A stretch of DNA of 40,122 bases from a virus (Duplodnaviria; Caudoviricetes). The stretch is taken from positions 1 through 40,122 of the IMG/VR virus record IMGVR_UViG_3300033434_000011; one strand, 5' to 3'. How positions within the stretch are numbered: position 1 is the first letter of the stretch; each line of letters opens with the position of its first letter. The notes under the pieces were generated by a model. That model saw only the letters and a list, made by a program, of their open reading frames with translations. It searched no databases and had not been told where the DNA came from. Made by a program: the position numbers and the translations under genes. This document shows positions 9,889-18,192 of the stretch, piece after piece.

Positions 9889-10350
9889 CTAATCATTATA
9901 AAACTTTCTAAATAATTCAGCCAGGCTTATGTTATTTTGCTTTGCCAAATCAACACACAATGCGCATACATTACGAGGCTGTGATGCTCCTACTTCTTCA
10001 CAAAGATATTCGGATAAACCACTATATTCTCTTGGCGCTGAAAATCTGTCACATATCGGAAGATGTTTATTCTCTTCCTCCATTTCAATTCTGGAACTAC
10101 CATCCCACGCTTTAATATAATGATTATTAATCTTAAATCGGCGGTTTATTGCTCCCATGTTCGAACCATCTGCAGATCGCCACCATTCATTATTTTTATA
10201 ATCATCATCATTTGTTTGGCAAAGTTTATCAACTTCACTTTCTTCAAGTTCCCATATTTGGTATCTTCCGTCTTTGGCATACTTTTTCATGGCATTTATT
10301 CCGCTTCGTTCAATGAAGCTGTCTAAACTGCCAGCTAAAATTTCTTTCAT
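9889..10350 (-). CDS. Hypothetical protein inserted in the neck module
   Basis: 153-aa ORF with RBS GGAG; no structural-protein motif recognised. Confidence 0.75.
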   Translation of the reverse strand: MKEILAGSLDSFIERSGINAMKKYAKDGRYQIWELEESEVDKLCQTNDDDYKNNEWWRSADGSNMGAINRRFKINNHYIKAWDGSSRIEMEEENKHLPICDRFSAPREYSGLSEYLCEEVGASQPRNVCALCVDLAKQNNISLAELFRKFYND

Positions 10351-10373
10351 TAAACAACCATCTCCATATAAAT

Positions 10374-10838
10374 TTACTTACCTAATATCGCCCCCGTAAG
10401 AGCAATACCTATACCCTCAGTGCTTTCTATTGCTGAATGACTTATAAAGTCTCTCGGACGCATCCTTGAAGTTCCATTGATTAAATCGGCAATATATGGT
10501 ACATCACTTTCTAATACGCCAACTTCTACGCCTGCCATAGCATTCGTCGAAAAGCCGTTTTTAATAATATTTTCTTGCAAGGTTCCTGACTGTACATGCA
10601 AATCAGTATCAGGATGTGGTCCACTGTCCTTACTCTTTCTAGTGCTATATGGATGCCCCATTTCAGCTAATTCTTTTAGACTGTGGTCGGTTAGCGAGGC
10701 GTGCTTTTTCATATTAGTTTCCAGCAACTCACCTGCAAGGTTTACACCTTTAATGCAATTCATGCGATTGGTTTCAATCATCATTTTCATATTATTAATG
10801 ACGGTATTGAAATTGTTTACCTTTATGCTGCCAGCCAT
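10374..10838 (-). CDS. HK97 gp10-like tail-completion protein
   Basis: HVQSGTLQENI and YIADLINGTSRMRPRDF motifs. Confidence 0.8.
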   Translation of the reverse strand: MAGSIKVNNFNTVINNMKMMIETNRMNCIKGVNLAGELLETNMKKHASLTDHSLKELAEMGHPYSTRKSKDSGPHPDTDLHVQSGTLQENIIKNGFSTNAMAGVEVGVLESDVPYIADLINGTSRMRPRDFISHSAIESTEGIGIALTGAILGK

Positions 10839-11200
10839 CAGAGAACACCGCCTTGTATAGAAATTTCTAAATGATCCATATCGGCAGTACTAAAATCATT
10901 AACAGGTCCAACTAAATACTTTGCACCTATATTTACCCCTGATGGAGCAGTTAATATGGTAATAATATCCCTCGCCCTAATATCAACCAAGTCACAAAAT
11001 AAAATACGATAATCAATTAACGTCTGACCAGCAAGGGGCATAATTAGCTTATTGTCATCTATTTGTATCGTACACAGTAACGTTTCAAATACAATAGTAA
11101 GAGCCCCTTTATCGACGCCACTAGGCGACTTACCGGCAGATATAGGACGTTCAATCTTAACAGTAGTATCATAAAACTCAGATATATCTATGATTGTCAA
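10838..11200 (-). CDS. Head-closure (stopper) protein
   Basis: Size, beta-rich composition, position after adaptor; C-terminal DHLEI. Confidence 0.65.
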   Translation of the reverse strand: MTIIDISEFYDTTVKIERPISAGKSPSGVDKGALTIVFETLLCTIQIDDNKLIMPLAGQTLIDYRILFCDLVDIRARDIITILTAPSGVNIGAKYLVGPVNDFSTADMDHLEISIQGGVL

Positions 11201-11585
11201 AACCCCCTATCTTAAACGAAGGTTGGACAATGCTAGTATCGGACTGCATATCTTGCTTATCAGATACAGAAATGCCACCAGCATAGGGTATTACGACAAT
11301 ACCGGCATTTGCATAAAGCTTATCGGCTAGTTTCTGATACTGAGTCACTTTTTGACTATATGATATTTTGATCTTGCCAACAGACTTATCTGCAAGTCGG
11401 GAAAGTTTCGCGACAATCCCGATACAAGCATAATAAGCAGCATCAGCAATGCTAGAATTTGTAGAGATAATATAATTTATCTCTTCGTCCTGCAATAACG
11501 GATCACTGCTGATTGTATCCCCAATAGCAAATCTTACAGCATCTTTTGAACTTAAACTAGGATCCCCGCTGTATGTCCATGACAT
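11178..11585 (-). CDS. Head-tail adaptor protein
   Basis: MSWTYSGDPS..DAVRFAIGDT...LLQDEEI, DKSVGKIKISYS. Confidence 0.75.
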   Translation of the reverse strand: MSWTYSGDPSLSSKDAVRFAIGDTISSDPLLQDEEINYIISTNSSIADAAYYACIGIVAKLSRLADKSVGKIKISYSQKVTQYQKLADKLYANAGIVVIPYAGGISVSDKQDMQSDTSIVQPSFKIGGFDNHRYI

Positions 11586-11597
11586 ATATCCCCCTCC

Positions 11598-11879
11598 TTA
11601 CTTTGGGGCTTCTTCTTGTGCTATTTCACTCTGCTCTTCGGTAGTTTTTACTTCATTAGTCTCTTCTTCCGTACTTTGCTTTTCTTTCTTTTTGGCGAGT
11701 TTTTCTAGCCTTTGCTGCTCAGCTTCATAAGCCTTTATTTCCTCTTCAGTCGCATAGCCAATATACCGCCACTCAATCATTTCCATGAGGTTTGGAAATG
11801 AAGCAGAACCAGGAATTATTTGTCCTGGTTCATAATCAATACCTTGACAGGTTATATGTTGCAGCGCCTTAAATAACAC
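11598..11879 (-). CDS. Small capsid-associated hypothetical protein
   Basis: Immediately downstream of major capsid gene; acidic tail. Confidence 0.6.
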   Translation of the reverse strand: MLFKALQHITCQGIDYEPGQIIPGSASFPNLMEMIEWRYIGYATEEEIKAYEAEQQRLEKLAKKKEKQSTEEETNEVKTTEEQSEIAQEEAPK

Positions 11880-12855
11880 TGGACAAATACACTCCTAAAT
11901 CTGCACCAACCACTTTGCAGTCAAAGCACATTTCGCCCTCAATACGAACGGTGTCAATACCACGAAGTGGTACAGGAAATCTAACAATACGGTTACCGTA
12001 TGCACCAGAGCCAAGTAATCCAGTCCATGCAAAGTTATAACCAGCGGAAGGAGTTTTAATGCCTGGATTTTTAGCAGCATAACTAAGCAATGCACGATTC
12101 TGAATAGCAAAGCTAATACTATCGTCAGCACCTTTTGCAGAGGTATTTACTACAGACTTCGCAACTACGACTTTTTCAACATCAAATAGCGCCGCCATAA
12201 TTGACGCCACTTTGCCAGGTAATGCTGCACTTGTATATTTGATACGATCAAGAACTAACGGATGATCAAGAAGCGTATTATACACGTCATACGACAGTGT
12301 TAGCACGTTTGGATCAAACCCAGTTTTACCGGCAATCAGTGTTTTAAGATATCGGATATCCTTTGCGGGATTAGAAGTGGAATAATCTGACCACTTAATA
12401 AAGCTAGTACCAGCAGTCGCACTACTAGCTACGCCACCAACATCTGTACCCCACACTCCAGTAACTAAGAATTTTGAAGCAAATACCGCTTCGCGACGAA
12501 GTAACATCTTTTGGGTAACAAACTGGGTAGCATCAATATCTGGAGTTAATGGGCTATCAGCATTGTCACGATCTTCATCTGTGACATCTTTATGAAAGGC
12601 ATAACGCCGAGCATAGTAATTGGGTGTATTATCAATATCGTAGTCCCCACCAGCACTTTCTGTACCAGGTGCACGTTCTTTCGCTTCATCTCGAAAGAAA
12701 TCACCTTTATCGTAAACGAAGTAGCGGTCTGACTTTTTCTGAACTGGAACCATCGGAAAAACTTGATCTGCAACAAAAGAAGTTTCCTCTTGAATATAAG
12801 CTACACTCACATTTGTGAGAGCTGAGTCAATATGGATTGATCCACGATCTGGCAT
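11869..12855 (-). CDS. Major capsid protein (HK97 fold)
   Basis: HIDSALTNVSVAY..FVADQVFPMVPVQKKSDRY, ERAPGTES, LLDHPLVLDRIKY, CKVVGADLGVYLSSVI; RBS AGGAGG. Confidence 0.92.
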   Translation of the reverse strand: MPDRGSIHIDSALTNVSVAYIQEETSFVADQVFPMVPVQKKSDRYFVYDKGDFFRDEAKERAPGTESAGGDYDIDNTPNYYARRYAFHKDVTDEDRDNADSPLTPDIDATQFVTQKMLLRREAVFASKFLVTGVWGTDVGGVASSATAGTSFIKWSDYSTSNPAKDIRYLKTLIAGKTGFDPNVLTLSYDVYNTLLDHPLVLDRIKYTSAALPGKVASIMAALFDVEKVVVAKSVVNTSAKGADDSISFAIQNRALLSYAAKNPGIKTPSAGYNFAWTGLLGSGAYGNRIVRFPVPLRGIDTVRIEGEMCFDCKVVGADLGVYLSSVI

Positions 12856-12886
12856 GTATTTTCCTCCTAAATTTTATTTATATATA

Positions 12887-13240
12887 TTACTTTAGTAATA
12901 CAGAGTGTTGCTCTCCAGCCGCACCAGCTTCAAGAGCAATCGCTACGACTACGTCAGTTGTAGCGGATACAGGAATTAACTGGCCGCTTGCATCATTAGT
13001 AAGGTTTGTAGGTAATGTCACAGTAGCACCATAAACCGCTCTACTTACACCAACAGCCATAACGGATGTAGTACGACCAGCTAATACAGCATCTTGGATA
13101 ATGCCTACTCCGCCGGCTGATGCGGTTGTTTGTGGCACGATTAACCCGGATGCATTAAGTTGTCCAACTAAAAAATCGCTAGACGAAAGGTCTGCGCCAG
13201 CATTAAATGAAAGTGATAATACAGGAATTTCAGTAGCCAT
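12887..13240 (-). CDS. Capsid decoration / cement protein (DUF2190-like)
   Basis: Gly/Ala/Val-rich 117 aa ending VAIALEAGAAGEQHSVLL; before capsid gene. Confidence 0.8.
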   Translation of the reverse strand: MATEIPVLSLSFNAGADLSSSDFLVGQLNASGLIVPQTTASAGGVGIIQDAVLAGRTTSVMAVGVSRAVYGATVTLPTNLTNDASGQLIPVSATTDVVVAIALEAGAAGEQHSVLLK

Positions 13241-14271
13241 TATTTAGCACCTCGCATTTCATTTTGATATGCAGTATACATTTCAGGATTTTCTTTATAG
13301 ACAATCGTCCTTGCTTTCTCAATCGTACAATTCTCACGCTTTTGGATTTCTTTGGCCATTCCTTCAACGCGTTTAGTAATATCACTTTCGCCAACACCGT
13401 CTGATCCAGCTTCTTTAAACAAATCTCCTTTTGAAATTTGTTCATTAGCAGCAGCCAAAGTTGCTTCAATTTTGGCATATCCTTCTGGATCTAATTCAGC
13501 CATCCTTTTTAGTACAGGACCAATTTCATCCGCTTTCATCCCAAGACTAGTATAACTAGAAGCTTTTGCAATAAACTCTTTGTTTTTAGCCTCGTCATTT
13601 TGCTTTTTAAGCTGAGTTTCCAAGTCTTGATTACGCTTTTCTAGCGTATCCATTCTTTTTTGAATTTCTTCTGGAATACTAGCACTTTTAGCTACGGTAT
13701 TGCGTTTAGCAATACATGGCTCACACATACAACCTTCTACATGATCTTTTTTTGCCACGTTGTCATCATCTCCTTTTTCTTCGTTGCTAACACCTGTCAG
13801 CAAGTCACCTAAGCTTGCATAAATATCTTTTAAAGCCTTCATACGGTCTGCACTGATTTTTTTACCAGCTTTGATAATTTCATTTTGATTAAGATAGCTA
13901 AAAAACTGACTCAGACTTTGCAGTACTGCAGATTGTTTATCATCTAAGGTTTCATCATCTGAAATACTATCGATTGAATCGCGTAAAGCCCAGATACCAT
14001 CATAAAGTAATGAATCTTTTTTCCAATCTTCCTCTTGCTTTTGAGATATAGCCATTGCTGTATTAAAATCAACAGGAGATTTATCTTCTACGTCAAAAGC
14101 ACTTTTCAAAAAGCTCATAATCTTACTACTGATCGACTTCTTCAAATTCCCACCCCCTTCCAGTACAGGATCATCTTCAGCACGCTTTACGATTAGGAAT
14201 TTCTTACCGTTGGCGGCTTTATCAACTACGCTGACCTCTTTAATCTGCATATTAACAAGCTTATTAGCCAT
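13240..14271 (-). CDS. Scaffold protein with an N-terminal protease fragment (EVSVVDKAAN)
   Basis: MANKLVNMQIKEVSVVDKAANGKKFLIVKR, KAGKKISA, coiled coils, C-terminal YKENPEMYTAY. Confidence 0.78.
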   Translation of the reverse strand: MANKLVNMQIKEVSVVDKAANGKKFLIVKRAEDDPVLEGGGNLKKSISSKIMSFLKSAFDVEDKSPVDFNTAMAISQKQEEDWKKDSLLYDGIWALRDSIDSISDDETLDDKQSAVLQSLSQFFSYLNQNEIIKAGKKISADRMKALKDIYASLGDLLTGVSNEEKGDDDNVAKKDHVEGCMCEPCIAKRNTVAKSASIPEEIQKRMDTLEKRNQDLETQLKKQNDEAKNKEFIAKASSYTSLGMKADEIGPVLKRMAELDPEGYAKIEATLAAANEQISKGDLFKEAGSDGVGESDITKRVEGMAKEIQKRENCTIEKARTIVYKENPEMYTAYQNEMRGAK

Positions 14272-14292
14272 ATATACCTCCTATTTTGCGAC

Positions 14293-14320
14293 ATAAAAAA
14301 TAACAGGTCTGTTAGCCTGT
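14293..14320 (-). terminator. Terminator-like hairpin upstream of scaffold gene
   Basis: ACAGG/CCTGT stem followed by TATTTTTTAT on the minus strand. Confidence 0.5.
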
Positions 14321-14341
14321 CTCAGATGGAGATCACCTCCT

Positions 14342-14575
14342 TTACCGCAAAGTATATGTAATGAAAACGACATCTTTTATTTTTCCTTGATGACCATAAA
14401 CAGTAGTAATCATTTCGTTATTCTTATTATGATTTTTCATTGATGATTGATTACCGCTCAAGGAATTAATTTGTCCCTGCACCTTATCAAGCAATTGACT
14501 GAGCTCTGTTAATTTTTTAGTGGAATTGTCGAGTTCGGTTGTGTCAACGCTGATTTTTACAGTTCCAATTTCCAT
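14342..14575 (-). CDS. Hypothetical protein
   Basis: 77-aa ORF with RBS AAGGAG. Confidence 0.6.
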   Translation of the reverse strand: MEIGTVKISVDTTELDNSTKKLTELSQLLDKVQGQINSLSGNQSSMKNHNKNNEMITTVYGHQGKIKDVVFITYTLR

Positions 14576-14577
14576 AC

Positions 14578-14817
14578 TTACTCTTTCCTTCCATCAACTA
14601 TTTGAACTAATGGCACCGCCCTTAATCCATCTAAATCAACTTTACCGCACATAACAAGCGTTACTGTGGCAAATTCTTCATTATTGAAGACCACTGTAGC
14701 TTTTTGCACTAATGGAATATCAACACCATCTATTGAAACTTCACAACCATAACTGATTTCTTCAATAGTGCGCTCTCCGGTTATTTTTATATTAGGAAAT
14801 TTAGGTTTCTCGTACAT
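14578..14817 (-). CDS. Hypothetical protein
   Basis: 79-aa ORF with RBS GAGGTG. Confidence 0.65.
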   Translation of the reverse strand: MYEKPKFPNIKITGERTIEEISYGCEVSIDGVDIPLVQKATVVFNNEEFATVTLVMCGKVDLDGLRAVPLVQIVDGRKE

Positions 14818-14856
14818 TTATATCACCTCTATTCAACGTCAATCCCACCATGTTCT

Positions 14857-15562
14857 TCAAAGGTTACAAACTAAAGCTTCTTGGCTAAATGGCATAAGCT
14901 CACTTCTTTTAAATATTACATATTCATTAGCCTCTTCTTTAGATTTAAAATATTTGTTTACTACGTGCTTACCGTTTATTTTAACTGTAGCTCTCCATCT
15001 ATTGGCTGTTTTATCCCAACACACACCACGTAAGCCAGAAGTATTATTTCGCTGTAACTTGTGACGGTTTTGATTGTTGCCGGAAGGAGTTACAATTCGC
15101 ATTTTACTTTTTCTACAATCAAATGTATCTCCAAAAATATGATCAACAACCATTCCTTTTGGACAATTCATGATAAAGCGATGAAGATATTGCTTATTTC
15201 CACTTCCAATCATTACATAAGTGTTGCCATCCTTACGTTTCTTAGATATACTCCATCTTCCAGCTTTTAAAACTCGTTCTAAGTCTTCTGTATCGATTAA
15301 ACACTTGATCGGGCACCAATCAAGATTTCTTAAAATCAGTGTGGTAGTTTTCTCCGTTTATGACATATTCGTTCTCGCCGTATGCGATTTTTCCAGCTAA
15401 TCCCAACTTGTTTAATTTTCTTTTTGTGCTTGCATTACTATGATTTGAAAATAATTCATATAATTCATTTCGAGATATTTTATTATGATTTTCTATCAAC
15501 AGTTTTATTTCATCATCCGTCCATTTGCTATATCGCCTTTTAAAAAACAAAATAATCACCAT
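14857..15562 (-). pseudogene. Frameshifted HNH-AP2 homing endonuclease with N-terminal Myb/HTH-like segment
   Basis: Removing one A at 15348-15351 joins KWTDDEIKLL...NEYVINGE to TTTLILRN...CLIDTEDLERV...YLHRFIM..VVDHI..NNTSGLRGVCWDK..RWRA (HNH plus AP2). Confidence 0.8.
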
Positions 15563-15570
15563 CGCTTTTT

Positions 15571-16218
15571 TTATTCTTGGTCAATACCTCCATGATCTTC
15601 AACTTCTTCTTGTGTTAAAAAAGTAAACTCTCTAACACAATTTATATGTTGAAGAATATGTGAACCAGCAAAATCCAAACTCCAAACCTGACCGTTAGCT
15701 TCAAAGCAAAACGAGTCATGATCTGTCCCATCACTCACCAATACCCCGCCCACAATCTCACTTACTTCTGCTGCACCAATTCGTGTAATATTTTTTATTG
15801 TTTTATACTCAATCTCTTTAATTGCAACTACTCGTTTATCACTTACAGCGTATGAATCCGCAATAGACTTCTTGAGTGCCTTTACGTCATTAGCAACATA
15901 AATAGTAGCAGTAATCATGTTTTCAGTTGCTTGCGTGATCGTTGGTAATAAAAAAGCCACTCGATCCGCTACAATGCTCTCAATAATAGCATTGCGTTGG
16001 CCAGCAGTAATATTAAATTCGCCAAGTTGTTTAATTTCTTTAACTGCTTGATCAAAGGAATGACCGGAATAATTATTTAGCATTTCAGTAAAAACAGGTC
16101 TTAAATTTTCATCAAAATCAAACTTTCTGAACAGCAATAATAGCAACCATTTATTTTTTTCTTCATCTGGATCATTAGTTAAATATTCTTCTTCAATATC
16201 ATCAGCATTCTCAAGCAT
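15571..16218 (-). CDS. MuF/SPP1 gp7-like minor head protein (no RBS; possibly made as a frameshift fusion)
   Basis: C-terminal VSDGTDHDSFC..ANGQ...QHINCVREF resembles the MuF HPNCR motif; position after portal. Confidence 0.65.
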   Translation of the reverse strand: MLENADDIEEEYLTNDPDEEKNKWLLLLLFRKFDFDENLRPVFTEMLNNYSGHSFDQAVKEIKQLGEFNITAGQRNAIIESIVADRVAFLLPTITQATENMITATIYVANDVKALKKSIADSYAVSDKRVVAIKEIEYKTIKNITRIGAAEVSEIVGGVLVSDGTDHDSFCFEANGQVWSLDFAGSHILQHINCVREFTFLTQEEVEDHGGIDQE

Positions 16219-16247
16219 TTGTTGTTTTAACTTTTCAAAAACTTGGG

Positions 16248-16748
16248 CTAAATCTGCCGTTTCTTTTTTTTTACTTCATCAGGGATACGCAAGCCGCTAC
16301 CGCCCATTGAAAATCCGGTAAGTACGCCCTTTTGCACTTCTTCAAACTTCTCTGGTGATAAAATAACGCCCATCAGCCAGGTCCCTTTCTTAACAACCTC
16401 ACCATTTAATTCAAAATCAACAGGCGCAATATAATTTTCTACAATGTCGCCTATATCATCTGCCCAATCAACATGGTTATAACCAAGAACTCCTTTTTGA
16501 ATGTCACCGTATACCTCAGTAACATCAATTTGAATTTCGCTACCGTCGGCAAGAGCCTTTAAAATTCCGCTAGTAAGTTTCTTACTTACTTCTGATTGCC
16601 CTTGCAACGTCCGCATGAAGCCATGACAAGCTTTTTCTATCTCGGCAGCAGTGCTATAGTCTTGCTGACAATCTTCCTCCAATGGGCTATATACAACCCC
16701 TAAAACATATCTTTGCGCCTCTGACTTTTGTATAAGTTTCAACTTCAT
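16248..16748 (-). CDS. XkdF-like prohead serine protease core
   Basis: RYVLGVVYSP..D.QQDY..AEIEKACHGF, IVENYIAP, KKGTWLMG, LTGFSMGG. Confidence 0.88.
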   Translation of the reverse strand: MKLKLIQKSEAQRYVLGVVYSPLEEDCQQDYSTAAEIEKACHGFMRTLQGQSEVSKKLTSGILKALADGSEIQIDVTEVYGDIQKGVLGYNHVDWADDIGDIVENYIAPVDFELNGEVVKKGTWLMGVILSPEKFEEVQKGVLTGFSMGGSGLRIPDEVKKKKRQI

Positions 16749-18172
16749 TACTCAACATCCCTCGCCTTAACATTATCTTTCATTGGTTGTAATTGTGGAT
16801 CAGACACATCTTGCTGTTTGGCCTTTCGCGCAGCAAGACCGTCCTTAATCTGCTGTTCATCCATCTTAGGCAATTTAGCGGCTTTTAGTAAATAATTCGT
16901 CAAATCGACATTTGGATTATCTGGCGTGCCAAACACACAAGCCCCTGCAGCAGATATATTATTCAGGAATTGTCCTAGAAGATTAATATCAATACTATCA
17001 ATATCCTCATGGATTAATTTGGGCAGTTTCGTAAGTCCAGTAAATGAGTTTAATTTAAATAGCATCGGCACCGCCTTATTATTCAGCGTTTCACAAATGG
17101 TATCTAAAATAGAGCCGATTGCCGCTGAAAATAATTGTGTTTTATCGGTTGACAATGCCATAGAGCCTATGCCGCTTTGACCGAGAAATAAAAAGTCAGC
17201 CAGTACTGTCATGGATATCCGTTTCTCATATCGTTCAATGATTTTACTGGTATCAAATTGCCGTTTACTGCTAGAAGATAGTAATTCAAAGGAATATCCA
17301 GTCTTACTACCATCAGGATTAACGTCAGACGGAAATACAAGTCCCTCTGCTTCATCGCGTCTTACCTGAGTGACCATTTTTTGAAGTGCGACCAGCGTTA
17401 AACGTTGTTCGGGAGTTGCGTTAGGATCTAGTATCTGTGCAGGAACTTTTACAACGGGCAGTCCTGCCAAATCGCGTTCAATACCAATCGCTTCTATCTC
17501 TTCGATACGTTTTTTGTAGTAGTAGCTTCGGTATGCTGTCCGCAATAAAGAAACGCCTTCCGGGTTATTTTTAGGAGATCTAGTTCTAAATAATATTGCC
17601 TTACTATAAGGGATAAATCTTAATTTATAATCAGGCGGAGCAATCTGCCACATGCCAAGGATGTCATTATTCGGCGCAAATTCCCAACGGAAAAAAGTTT
17701 CCTGGGCTCTAAGGGCTATTTTACGAAATCCTATACGACCATCATTAAATTTACTTTGAGTGGTTGGTTCTCCAGTATCTCCAAGGCGTTTTTTAAATAC
17801 GATCTCATGGTAAGCCCATCCAAACGTTAGCATCGTAAGACAGTCGGTCAGGACTTCGTGCCACGTCATTTCCATATCTTCAAGTAGACATTCTTTTAAA
17901 AATTGTGCAGCGTCTTTATCAGCATCAGTTTCGCCGCCTGCTTCCACATTCCAAGGTGCCTGCCGGATTAGCATTTCAATAGCAAATAAAAATGCGCCTA
18001 CAATCGGATCATTGTCGCGCATCTCTTTATAACGTTTTATTCCATTTATGCCATGAAGATCTTTTAACCATTCCTCCGATACCCAAGAGCCCATACGATT
18101 TAAACCGCTTTGCCCAACTTCAACCATTGGGTTAGATTGAGCAATTTCTTCGTTTAAATTACTATCGTCCAT
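16748..18172 (-). CDS. Portal protein (DUF935 / Mu gp29-like)
   Basis: YKEMRDNDPIVGAFL, NNPEGVSLLRTAY, EAIGIERDLAGLPV; follows terL. Confidence 0.92.
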   Translation of the reverse strand: MDDSNLNEEIAQSNPMVEVGQSGLNRMGSWVSEEWLKDLHGINGIKRYKEMRDNDPIVGAFLFAIEMLIRQAPWNVEAGGETDADKDAAQFLKECLLEDMEMTWHEVLTDCLTMLTFGWAYHEIVFKKRLGDTGEPTTQSKFNDGRIGFRKIALRAQETFFRWEFAPNNDILGMWQIAPPDYKLRFIPYSKAILFRTRSPKNNPEGVSLLRTAYRSYYYKKRIEEIEAIGIERDLAGLPVVKVPAQILDPNATPEQRLTLVALQKMVTQVRRDEAEGLVFPSDVNPDGSKTGYSFELLSSSSKRQFDTSKIIERYEKRISMTVLADFLFLGQSGIGSMALSTDKTQLFSAAIGSILDTICETLNNKAVPMLFKLNSFTGLTKLPKLIHEDIDSIDINLLGQFLNNISAAGACVFGTPDNPNVDLTNYLLKAAKLPKMDEQQIKDGLAARKAKQQDVSDPQLQPMKDNVKARDVE

Positions 18173-18192
18173 TCGTACCTCCTTTCAATGGG

